From Ascidiella aspersa (Eukaryota): a DNA stretch of 64,000 bases. The stretch is taken from NCBI GenBank assembly GCA_963924565.1, contig OZ004607.1:30132001-30196000 (forward strand). The letters are read 5' to 3'. Position 1 is the stretch's first letter. Every line of letters starts with the position of its first letter. A program made the translations under genes and the position numbers. Below the pieces are notes generated by a model. It had not been told where the DNA came from. It did no database searches and saw only the letters and a list, made by a program, of their open reading frames with translations. Below, in pieces: positions 19,032-30,441 of the stretch.

Positions 19032-19622
19032 TCACGCGTATCTGCGTTTCGTACAGCTTTTTGTGTTTCAGAAATCGGATTTGCGTCTCTTTTGGTTATC
19101 TATATCTTCTGGTAATTTTTATAAAGTTTACCAATGCGATCGCTAAAACGTACATATCAAACTGTGCACATCAACTCACGAAATAAAACAAAAGCCCTTT
19201 GGTCCAACTTCCCATTACAGCTATAGAAAAAACACGTTTATCTTTCTAGTTTAGTGTAAGTAAATTAAATTTTTATTAGCAGAATGGGTCGCTTAAGTTT
19301 ATGTTACACAAGAAAAATGTTCTAAAACTATGTGCGTATATATATTTTATAGTGATATCTAGCATTTTGTCTGTGTCAGCTTGAGTTATTGCGATTAAGT
19401 CGTTGGGAATTACCGTTCCTCTTTTTGATCTGCTATTAGTTTTTTCTTCCACGTATATCACTGTTTTTAGTTAGTCGCCTTACGATAAGCCTGCAACAGC
19501 GCACAGGAAACGATGGGAGCACAAATCCGTGACATTGACATTGTTCCGTTGCAGCTGGTGTGTTGCACTGCAGCAATTACATTACTTGCCCACTTGTAAA
19601 GTGTGACTTAAGTGCCTGATAG

Positions 19623-20095
19623 CAGTGTTGTAATGACTTAAGTCATTGACTTGACTTAAGTGCACTTAAGTCACTGTTTTCAAATGACTTGACTTGACTT
19701 AAGTCCTTTGACCAAAATGACTTGACTTGACTTAAGTCTTTTGGCAAATAACTTAGGAGTAAATTAAGTGTTTTTCATTAAAATTTATCTCAAGTTTTGC
19801 ATATTAAACACTTTAATTGCTGTGTATTGCGTATGTGTTTTTTTTAGTTAAATTGTTGCTTATAATCGGACGAGTTTACCAATTTTAATAGTTTAATAAT
19901 TTACTTTTATGTCAATGACATGACTTGAAATTGACTTGCTCTCATAATGACTTGGGGACTTGACTTGGGCAACAGATGACTTGGACTGGGACTTGACTTG
20001 TTATTTTTGCAAAAGACTTGACTTGGAATTAAGTTATTTTTCAAATGACTTGACTTGGACTTGAGTCATTTCAAAATGACTTGTTTACAACACTG
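19623..20095. mobile_element. hAT-type MITE with GACTT subterminal arrays
   Basis: Perfect 11-bp TIR cagtgttgtaa/ttacaacactg; perfect 8-bp TSD cctgatag; empty paralogous site near 38415. Related decayed copies at ~17311-17775, 35050-35260, 36221-36580 and 44157-44507. Confidence 0.9.
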
Positions 20096-20460
20096 CCTGA
20101 TAGTCACAACCGCGACGGTGATTGTCAACATTTTCCTCTTGTTTACTTTCTTGTATGTTTATTTGAATTACCTGAATCGTTAAAGCCACATTGAAGTGAT
20201 AAAACGAGTCGAAAAGTTTTTGATGTTGTTTTCTGACATTCAACTCTGTACATTGAGTTAATTGCAATAAAAAAAAACAATAGCTTCAAGTTGAACTGTC
20301 GACATTTTTAATTGTGTATGAGTTTCACATTTGTTTTAACGTACATCCTTGTATTATATAGAATGATCCGATACTTGAAGCAATATAAATTGTTACCGCT
20401 CTGAAATAAAACCTTGCTCTGGTGTAATTAATTCGTGTCATTAACATAAATATTTTAAAA

Positions 20461-20549
20461 GAACAGATGCCTTTCTGCCGCGCATTCATCCACGAGATGG
20501 GGCTCTTTCCTTATTCGTGTTTGATCTGATCGCCAGCAAAAGAATTTAG
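20461..20549 (+). pseudogene. Collapsed CYP relic (exon 8 start fused to exon 9 pieces)
   Basis: Reads EQMPFCRAFIHEM, then an MELF-like patch (atggggctctttc), then FDLIASKRI-stop; compare CYP-B EQMPYCSAFIHEI ... MELF ... FDLIATERI-stop. Confidence 0.75.
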
Positions 20550-21689
20550 TCAACGTATTTGTCTTTCAGATTTATTTAATACTTCAGGCATACTTACACA
20601 AGAACATTAAACAATTAAACCAAAGCGATTCGGCCTGTATATTTTCCATTATAGAAATCAAATAGCCAATGTATAATATTCTGGATTGGGGATGACCGAA
20701 TATAATAACAGGTATTCATTGTCCCGCTTGATACAAATTGTTTTCGATCGCTAGTTAATTTACACTACGAAAATAGGGCGTATAATATAAACATAACAAT
20801 CCATTTAGTTTATCTTTTGTATTTACGTCTATACAGTTCTTAGGCGGCATTACTTGTTGTCTTGGTTCCGAGCTATTTTTCGGGGTGCTGTCAACCCGTT
20901 TCGATTTGCCATGCCTAGCATTTGACCAGTTGTTAGTTCTTACGCGCGTGTTGCTACTAACTGTTATTAGACGCTAAACTATAAAGCCTGGAACAGGGCA
21001 TGACATGGAAGACGTGCGTAGCCCATAACGATGACGCTTTTGGTTGCAGCTGTGAGCGTTGTACTGCACCAACAGCACGCATACATTTGAAAGCCCAACT
21101 GCTTAGTCTGCAAGTCTCAACCTATACACAGTGAGTCATAATCATATTTTATCCTTTATTGATCATAATTGTCGCACAGAAGATTTTTTACGGGTTTAAG
21201 TATACTAGCACACCATAAAAGCTTCCAGTACAACTTACAGTAGCTGCTAAGGACAAAGTCAGGCCAAATTCAATTTTGAATTGATTACTTGTAAGCGTTA
21301 GACGAACTGCCTAAATTGCCGACTGCATGCTATTATACACAATATCAGAATTTTTTTTTTTTTCATGAAAAATACCTTAAATAGTTCGTGAGAACCAAAT
21401 GGCCGAATACGGAAGAGTAATGAGCCAACGACTTATGCCTAACTACGTGCAAATCTAATAAAAGCGCAGTGTTTTCTAATCTTCTTTACCTCACTGCGCA
21501 CCTGTAGACCTCTAACGAAATCTCATAATATATTAGTGTATTGCATTATAAATTTCATAATATATATTGTAATCGCTTATTGAAATGCAGTGCTATAATG
21601 GTGACTGCAAGCTTAGTTCTATAATATATGATTTTACACTTTTTCTGTTAATAACCGATCAGTTGGTAATCAAATGAAGTAAACAGAGC

Positions 21690-22075
21690 TCCCGCTGCGC
21701 CCGCGTCCAGCTTTGACTTTTCACCCAATTTGGCCTCTAACCTGGACCTCTGCACCATGTAAGTGAGAAAGAGGAAGAGACTCGATTTTTGCCAACTGTT
21801 CGCTGAGACAATTACTGGGACCCACCGAGAAAACTATTCATTTTACGTATATATGAGCATAATTATTTAAAAAAAAGGTTACGTTGAGCCAGTGGGCGCC
21901 TAAAAATGTTTGCAAAAAACGTTTACTTTGAATTTACGGTTTTCTTTAACCCTTGGATGAGTTTCAGCGCTAATCAGTTCCTTGTTCGCTCACTTCGGCG
22001 TCCTCAGGACCTTTGAGACAAGGGTACGAAATCGTCCAATCTCATTGTTTAAACGCGCTGCAGTAAGGCATCTTT
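21690..22075 (-). pseudogene. Decayed partial duplicate of CYP-A (exon 8 pieces, intron 8, part of exon 9)
   Basis: 21690-21832 matches CYP-A exon 9 (3828-3968) with indels. 21832-21960 matches CYP-A intron 8. 21993-22075 matches exon 8 fragments. 21303-21515 also matches the CYP-A downstream flank (2771-2990). Confidence 0.85.
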
Positions 22076-23420
22076 ATAGACAGGCCGGACCAATGAGCCA
22101 TGCCCAATGATTTTAATATTTCAACACTTTACCGCCACCAACTTAGTTAGCTCTTTTAAGCATGTTATGATGGCTTCCTAACAACGAAATCAGCATGAAT
22201 GATTGCATGTTGTAAAATTTAGGTAGAAAAATGCTTTTTTTCAGGTTGAAACTAGATTTTTTGGTGCTTACTATTTTTGTTTTATGTGTTTCAAAAAAAT
22301 ATTATTAGTGTACAAAATAGGGACAAGGGGAGTACTCTGACAGGTTAGCCAGTATTTTACAAAGTTAAAAGTTTTTAGGCTCTCCTTTAGTTGTGTACGT
22401 GAAAAAAATAAATAAAAAGGTACGGTTTACAAATTTTGTTCACCTTAAGATAACGAAAGCTGTTGGTATGTCAGGTGTCAGCATAATATTTTTTACATTT
22501 TCTGTACACCCTAAACGCCCCTCAGATAAAATTGTGCAAAACGTTAATAAATTGAGCAAGCTGCACCTTGACTTGTAAAAGTCACATTCTGTGTAACGGG
22601 ATTTGCCGTTAAACGAGCCTGACTTCGGTTGTGTAGGTAAAGAAGGGTCTCCTTCAAAAAACAATTGTGCCTTTTGTCTTTCTCGCAGATTGCTAAGCTT
22701 TGCTTTGTTAGTAAGAAGAATCCTTCAGTCCGTTTTAGCTAGGAAGTGAATTTCGATAGGTTAAGGTTTGCCAGGTTAAGGTCGATTTGTGATTGGCCGC
22801 ACTTCGTATTGCGTCTTTTGTATAGGTCTCTAAAAAGCGTGATAACTTTGATAATGCTATTTTTTGATAGTCGTGGTCACCATTTTTAAGACGGTTGATT
22901 GATTTTTCAACCGCATGTTATAGAACAACAAAATGCACAGATATAAAGTTGCCCTTTAAAACCATGGCTTTTAAATCAAAGTTTAGGCAATTCATTTGCA
23001 GGGCAACAAACGGTAAATGTAACTTGCAAATGTCAAAAAACATCGTTTGAAAAGAGTACTATATTTTATAAACACCCAAACATCAAAACAAAAAATCCCC
23101 AGTTATGGAGTACGAAAGACAGACGTGACGAACTGAAGATGTAATGCGTGGCGCAATTTTTGCCAATGTATTGGTTGGCGCAAAGTTTATTTGTTAGTTC
23201 ATAGCGTCCTTCGACAATTGGAAATGTTTTACGACATCCATACAAAATTGAGAGACTGTTTCGAGCAGTTGTTTTGCAAAAACCAAAGTGCCGTGCTTGC
23301 AAAAGACGTGGTATAACTAAATGTTAAACCTTTTAAGCTATTTTTTTTTTCAAATTACAGTACTTTGTAAGTTTGGTAAAACGCTACAGCGCTCAAATAG
23401 TACGCTTATCCAATTATCAC

Positions 23421-23847
23421 CATGGGTTGCCAGTTTGGATTTTTTAAAGCCAAATTTGAAAATTTAGGCTTTTTTTGAACCTCTTGGGATTTTTTATTGT
23501 CAAAAAAAAATCCAAATGAAATTTGGCTTTTTAAGGCTTTTTTTGTTTCATTCCAAAATTTCATGAGTTTATGTTAAGAAGAAATCAAACTATCACAAAA
23601 AGAGAAAAATTGCACAAAAAAATGTACAAAAAGAGATAAAATACCAATAAAATTTTATAAAAAGCGACAAAAAATTGAGAAAAATTGCCACAAAAAGAGA
23701 AAATCAATGTAAAAGCATGATCATTTATTGTATTTTTATTAATTTAGGGAAAAACATAGGCTTGTTAGAGTTTGTAGTAGATTTGGCTTTTTTTGGCTTT
23801 TTTTAGGTGAGATTGCCTTTTTTTATTTTTTCCATCTGGCCACCCTG
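23421..23847. mobile_element. hAT-type MITE
   Basis: Ends catgggttgccag / ctggccaccctg; perfect 8-bp TSD attatcac; ttggcttttt subterminal repeats. Confidence 0.85.
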
Positions 23848-24565
23848 ATTATCACAAAGCTGGTGGTTTATACAAGCTACACTTCGTTTTTTTGTCAGCA
23901 TCTTGTGACTTAATTGTAAATGACTTTACGAACCCGAGACGCAAGTTTTTCCAATGTGTTTGTTGGCTTAAAGTTTATAGTTGTTATCACCATAGGCGCC
24001 GAACGTGGGTGTGTAGAGCGTTTTTAGACGCCCTGGATTTTTGGCAGAGGCGTCAAAACGCCCTGGAATTTGACCAAGTTACTTGCGATTTATAGTGTGC
24101 AAATCACCTCTAATATAAATATCTATTTATCTAATATAAATATTTATTTAAGTCTGGAGTCGATCGTTTTGTAAAGCCGCTAGAAACCTTACGAAAACCG
24201 GGGAAAAAAGGTTTCTTACGTGCAATAGCGAGCTCCAAAATAATATGAAGACAGAGGTTTATTCCAGACAAAGAGTAAAAGGCGTGCTCAGCCAAGTGCG
24301 ACATGCTCAGCCAAGTGCAGTGCGCTATCGGCAAGTGTTTGTTCGATCGATTTCAAGCACACTACACAATATTCCATTTGTTTGTATGTTCCCATCATTA
24401 ACCAAAACAAAAGCTTAAAGTTCAAACTTTAAGCTTTTAGTTTAAGGAGTTTTGAACATGGGAAACATAACGCGTTCTAAAGATTATTTGGCCAACGCTT
24501 AATGTTGCCTGATATTGTGTTCACCAGTTAAAATAAGCGTTTAATGCAAAAGTCATTACTTTACA

Positions 24566-25710
24566 CTAGAGGTTCCCAACGTGGGCGGTACCGCCCCCTT
24601 GTGGGCGTTGGCGAGTTACAAGGGGCGTTTTGGGTCTGTTTTTAATTTGCGGGGCGCTGAATGCATATAAGGGGGCGTTACATAAAAGTACTTATAGGCT
24701 AAATTTTATAAAAAGTTCACATAAAAATAGTAACAAACAGGACTGTAGGTAACTTTTAACCTTAAATGGCAACTTTCGTACTGCGAACTTGTAGTAGTTT
24801 TCCGACCATTGTTACGTAATAATTGACTTTCTTATGTAAAGTTGTTGGTTGTGTTTCACAGTTTTATTCGCGGCAAAATGTTTGTATATTTAAAGCAGGG
24901 TCGCCAACTTACGGCCCGCCACCTCTTTGACAACTAGACACGAGTCCATTTTAAATACTTTTTGACTATTTTAACTTAGGACAGGCAAAATTTTTCGCGA
25001 ATGATCTTTCTACGTCAAGTTTGTTTACATTTTGATGCTGTCTTTCGAATAGCAGCGCTTTTTAGCGTTGCGGACAAACGGAAAACGTATTCAAAAATAT
25101 TAGACATACATTTTTTTTATTTTTTCGGCAATGTAATGAATACTAGCACGAAATTAAAAGAAATGTTGGGTATACCCCCAAAAAATCGCACCCGCTTCGC
25201 TCGCCAGGTGCACCAGGACTTAAAGAGCTTAACAAACACTGAATTACACTATCTATAAACAAGGTTATCGCGTTTCCTCAAACTAGTTTTATTTCACTTT
25301 TCATTGGTAGTATGGATGAAAAACGAGGTCCGCCTGATTCACAGTTGTTCTAACATTCCAATAACACAATTCTTAGTTAACATTTTTGTGCGGCCCACAG
25401 AGACCTTTCTGAGTTTGATTGGTGCCCATGACAAGAAAAGGTTGCCGACCCCTGATTTAAAGTCTTGGTGCAGAAAGTTGATTTTTTCCTGGTAATGAAA
25501 TAACCTGGTGAAATAATGTATCTATAAATTCCTACAGTGAAAGACAACCTTAAAAAATAAGACTGACAGCTTATCGAAACGAAAGTGAAGACAATATGAT
25601 GTTAGGCAACGTTTAGTATAATACTTTACTGTAAAACAAGATGAGGGGGGCGATATGAAATAATAGTAAGCCCAAGGGGGCACTAGTGTCAAAAAGGTTG
25701 GGAAACACTG
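24566..25710. mobile_element. hAT-type MITE carrying a nested MITE
   Basis: Ends tagaggttcccaac / gttgggaaacactg; perfect 8-bp TSD ctttacac. Confidence 0.8.
24896..25454. mobile_element. Nested hAT-type MITE
   Basis: Ends cagggtcgccaac / gttgccgacccctg; perfect 8-bp TSD atttaaag. Confidence 0.85.
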
Positions 25711-26540
25711 CTTTACACCGTTGGGACAACGCCGCATTTTCTATCGTTTCACGTTTAAGGCGACGTAGTATTAAACTTAATATATAAACCTGGGCAACGC
25801 CGGGAATTTTGTCTCTATTACTACAATATATGTCGCGCAAAATATGCAGCAAATAGGACAGTTTCAGTTCACCAAAAGTAGTCGAAACTTTTCTAGCTTG
25901 TAATATAGGCGTCCACACTTTTAAAGTATAAGGTCGCATCTGCAAACATATAAAACCCATTCGCCGTTGTTATATAGGCTCACTCTGACGCACCCGGTAT
26001 TCGACTAATATTAAAACACAACTGAGCATAACATTTAGGTTAATTGCAGTAGTTCTAGGGTCAACTTCGTCAACTCTAGGGCCTAGGCAGTATTACTTGA
26101 GCTACATTTGTTTTTTTGTGACGTAAACATTACAACTTGTCAAAAAGAACGTAATTAACACGCGATTCGATTTGCTTTCAACGCTTGTAGCGCTCTTATG
26201 AGGATAATTCAGGCATTCGAAGCGTCTGTGTTAGAACTTGTGTTAAAAATTGTACGCTTCAAGCGGACTGTATTACCACAGGATACAGGCGAACAGCGAA
26301 TGCGCAGTCCAATCATGCATAACGAAACGTTGCCAAGCGATGCAGACTAAAGATTTTTTTCTTTTGTACAGTTTTGGATATTATGAATGCGGAAATGTTT
26401 ATAACTGTACCAAGTTAATGCAATGTTTATAATTTTACCCAGTTAATAGCAGGTTAAATACTTTTATTGTTGCTGAAGCCTACCACAGCGAACATTATTT
26501 GGGTCAGGGTGCAGATTAGCGTTTCCGTTTGGGTATAGGT

Positions 26541-27228
26541 TAGGCGTACCATATGTCCTCTTTTAGGAGGATTTGTCCTCTTTTCTCAAGAAAAGTGAAT
26601 GGTCCTCCGAGGACGCTCAAAAATGCCCAAATGTCCTCTTTTTTCGCATTTCGAGTTAGTTGCTTATACTTTCAACAAAACTTTTAGGCGAGACGTTGTA
26701 TTTATTTCCAAAAATTACTGTAGCCATAAAACATGTTGAATTGCTGGTTTAAAAAAGGTTTTCCAACAAATACCCTACCAGCCCAAACTAGCGCAATTTT
26801 ACTTTAGTAATATGGCCTATAATGCAAATGTTCAACCCATTTTTTCTTTGATGCAGCCACAATGGTGCAAAGAAAGTAACACCCTATTAGTTGGATGAGT
26901 TTCGAGCATCTTTTAGGCCACGGTTTTATATACTTTCAATGATATTTCATGTAAACAATTTCACGATATCGTTAAAAATGATCATTCTTTATTGGCGAAA
27001 GTTAAAGGAACCGCAAAGTATATCATGGGCTGAATCTGAAAAATAAATTTGATTTGTTGTTTTTGTATCTGTTTTTATAACTTTTGCTTTACTTTGTTTT
27101 TGTAACTTTTGTCTGCAACACCAAGCAAATGTAAAACATCATCAAACTCAAACGTAACAATTCTACTTTCGTTTTACTTGCCGGCAAAAAACGTCCTCTT
27201 TTCGTGTGCTGAAAATATGGTAGCCCTA
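26541..27228. mobile_element. hAT-type MITE
   Basis: Ends taggcgtaccatat / atatggtagcccta; perfect 8-bp TSD gtataggt; gtcctctttt subterminal repeats. Confidence 0.85.
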
Positions 27229-27545
27229 GTATAGGTTAAGCAATGTTATTAAATAATAATACTTGAACCACCCTCACCCCAGTCTGGAAAGTATAACAGA
27301 TCACGTGGGTACACAGGCCGAAATCGAATCGGGTGTAATTAAACGCCCTGACAATTGGCTATTGTGGGTAAGAATATAATCACATATGAGTTAGTTTAGT
27401 GCTATTTTAGTCTAAACAGGCATTTCATCGAAGGTCAGCCAATCACATATAACTAGTAGTTACTTTAGTGCGATGGTTACTTAGAATTTGTTTTAAAAAG
27501 GTGCAGATACAGCAAACATTCCTCTAGATGAAACTATCCCGGGAA

Positions 27546-30441
27546 CTAGTTGTCTGTCAGGAAAATTGTCTGCGGCTCGTCGCTATTTACCACGCTGGGA
27601 AACCGAATTCCAGTGGTTGAAATATGAAGCGGCGAAGGTTGTAGCTTATTGCTCAATTTGCAAGTGGGCAACAGATACCAACCGTGTTCAATCAACAACA
27701 AAAGACACCCTTCTTGCATCCAATAGCATCCAATTTGGTTGACTGGCTTCAATGACTGGGCTCAAGGTAAAAATGCTATTGCCAAGAACGATAAAAGTGC
27801 TCTACATCTTGATTGTTGCCGGGCAAAAATGTTACATGGTGAGCGTGACGAGGCAGCGCGATTAATTACTTTAAAAGTTTAAAGAGTACAACATTTCTTG
27901 TGCAAAATAGGAAGGCTTTGGAAAATATTTTTGCCTCCATCACTCTACTTGCCCCCAGGGAATAGCTTTGAGAGGATCCCGATACAAATTCAAATTTACA
28001 TCAACTTTTTGAATTTGTTACAAAGCAAAGCGAAGACCTGCGTTCGTGGCTGAAACGCCCAACAAAATTAAAGTCGATAAGTCATGATATACAAAATGAA
28101 ATGCTTAAAATGATTTATCATCACATTTTACGAGACGTAGTTAAAGATATTTCGAAAGCTAGATTCTACAGTATCATAGCTGATGAAACAACAGATGTGT
28201 CTAAGAAGGAACAAATCTGCATTTGCGTACGTTACCTGAATGAGTTTTAATTGGTGCAGGATTACTTTCTAGATTTGTACGAAACTGGTAAAACATATTC
28301 GGCAACATTGTTTCAAACAAAAAAATCTTGTCTGATTGCTGTCGAGTTAGACTTAACTCTTTGTCGAGGCCAGTCGTACGATGTGGCAGCTAATATGCGA
28401 GGTGGGATAACCGGATTGCATACCGTTTCAAAGAAGCTTACCCATCAATGCTTTACATTTACTGCGCAGGGCACCAGCTTAATTTAGCGGTACAAGACGC
28501 ATTCAAATCTGTTCGCGAAAGTGTGGATGCTCTATCTGTGTTGACTTGACAAATAGTAGTCTACACCTATAGGCTGCACCAGGGCCCGCAGGCCACATGT
28601 GACGTCATTGTTCGTGGCCGCGAAGTAATGTTGAATTATTGCATGCGCATCGTTGAGAGTTGAATCAAAGAACTCTAAGTGACCAACGAACAGTAAGCAT
28701 ACTGCAATTGTTTGAGTATGATTACATTTTACCGGTTATACCATTAAATAAATCAGTTTTTGCGCGATAAAATGTTTGTAATTTGGCGATTGTGTAGTTT
28801 GCAACAACTCATTTTAGTAAGGTACGCATGGTTTCCGCAAATATTCTACGCTTATAAAATGCTGTCATCTGAATTAAAAGTTTCGTCAAATACGCAAATT
28901 TCTCGCTTCGTGCGCACCATTTTCCCGAGTTTTATAACACTCGAATTTATTTGCGCACAAGTTTGACGATAGAAGCAAGTTTCTGAAGCTTATATGTATT
29001 TGACGATGTTTTGTAATGTCATTTTAACTATTTTATGTTCCGACCAAACAAAAATCGTTGATCTACCCCTGACACGCATGCAGCCTACTTTATGTGTCCT
29101 GCAAAATATATGCAAGAAATATTGTGGCACGTGATTCTGTCAAACTTGGACCACGCAGGGCTACACAATGCAGTTATTTAAAAAAATATGGGAAAACTAC
29201 AACTCGCTTTTGGCATGTAAACAAGGTTAATTTGTTTCTCATTTGTATATAGATATATATATGTACCCCTATACTAGCCATTTTGAGATAATGTGATCAC
29301 AGAGCATAACGCGCTATTTATGTTTTAGGGATTTTTCATGCCATCTAGGGATTTTTTGACATAGCTTTAGGGATTTTCTGGTTTTCATTTTTAAGAGCCC
29401 TGGTTCGGTCTCTGCGCTAATATGCGATGTTGGTGTAACATCGACATTTGTTTAAGTGAAGCAGATTCTTAAAAGAAGGCATGGTGACTGTCGTGCGCGT
29501 TTCAAAGTGTCCATTTTTAAGTAATGATAGTTAACGCAACATTATGCTCTTTAAGCATACTCTAAGACCACGTGCTAAGTGTGCAATGGACACAACCTAT
29601 TTCCCCTCAGTCACAGCTTGTAATTTAGCTGACTTGGGACACAGCTCGGCGCAGATGTTGCGTTGATCGTGGCATAATAACACCCGGTAAAAACGATCTT
29701 CATTTAGTATTAAAGGTGGCAAAAGGCGTGCTTGTAATTTAGCGCTAGCCCCGTTTATGAAACTGGAAACTGCGCTTCTGATAGTCGAATTATGTACGAT
29801 TCTACCACAATTAAACACACATATTTTACGGTCTTGGTTTGTTTTTTTGTCTGAAGTTAACGATTGCAAAAACTGTAACTGTAGTTTCGCAGCTGGCGCC
29901 TGACAGGATTGTCGACGACGCACGTGCTCGCCTTTGCTGGACGTATTTGGCTGTTTCTGAGTTTTTTTTATCACGTCTTGCAATCACCATTCTATGACGT
30001 CATACTTTCACTGATGACGTCATTATTCATTAACGTCAGACGAAAAATAGGGGAATTCCCTAAGTTGAAAATTCAAGACCCTCTTTTTGATTTTCTGGTT
30101 ACGCCCTAGTTTGCCCCCCCCCCTGTAAAATTTTCTGCGGGCGCCTTTACATTATATTTGCAAAGGATAACACCTTATCTATTCTACTGCCAAATTTATC
30201 GTGCTTGTTGCGAATTTATTTGACTCTGCCCTGAACAAGCTGCGAGGCGGAACGAATGTTCAGCGTTCTTCGAAGGGTAAAGACTTTTCTTCGCTCAACG
30301 ATGGACCAACAGCGGCTGAATCACGTCTGCATGTTAAACGTTTACAAGGAACGTGTAGACAAAATTAATATGTGTTCATTTATCGACGAGTTGATTAATC
30401 GCCAACCACGTTTGCTAGATGAGAAATGCTGTAACTTTTAA
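27546..30441 (+). mobile_element. Decayed hAT transposase (ZMYM1/DUF4371-like with TTF zinc finger and hATC dimerisation domain), interrupted by ~1.6 kb of other inserts
   Basis: Frameshifted patches: WETEFQWLKY..AYCSICKW; QGIALRG; SHDIQNEMLK; FYSIIADETTDVSKKEQICICVRY (first D); CRGQSYDVAANMRG (second D); YCAGHQLNLAVQD (CxxH); TSCEAERMFSVLRRVKTFLRSTMDQQRLN (catalytic E). Contains in-frame stops. A hAT-like left end (cataggcgcc) lies at 23991; no right TIR was found. Confidence 0.88.

Noticed and set aside
19623-20095. Regular GACTT repeats resembling a CRISPR or satellite array
   Set aside because: No repeat-spacer structure; bounded by TIRs and an 8-bp TSD, so it is a MITE in a eukaryotic genome.
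27546-30441. Domesticated ZMYM1-like host gene
   Set aside because: Multiple stops, frameshifts and nested inserts with no splice signals that restore the frame.
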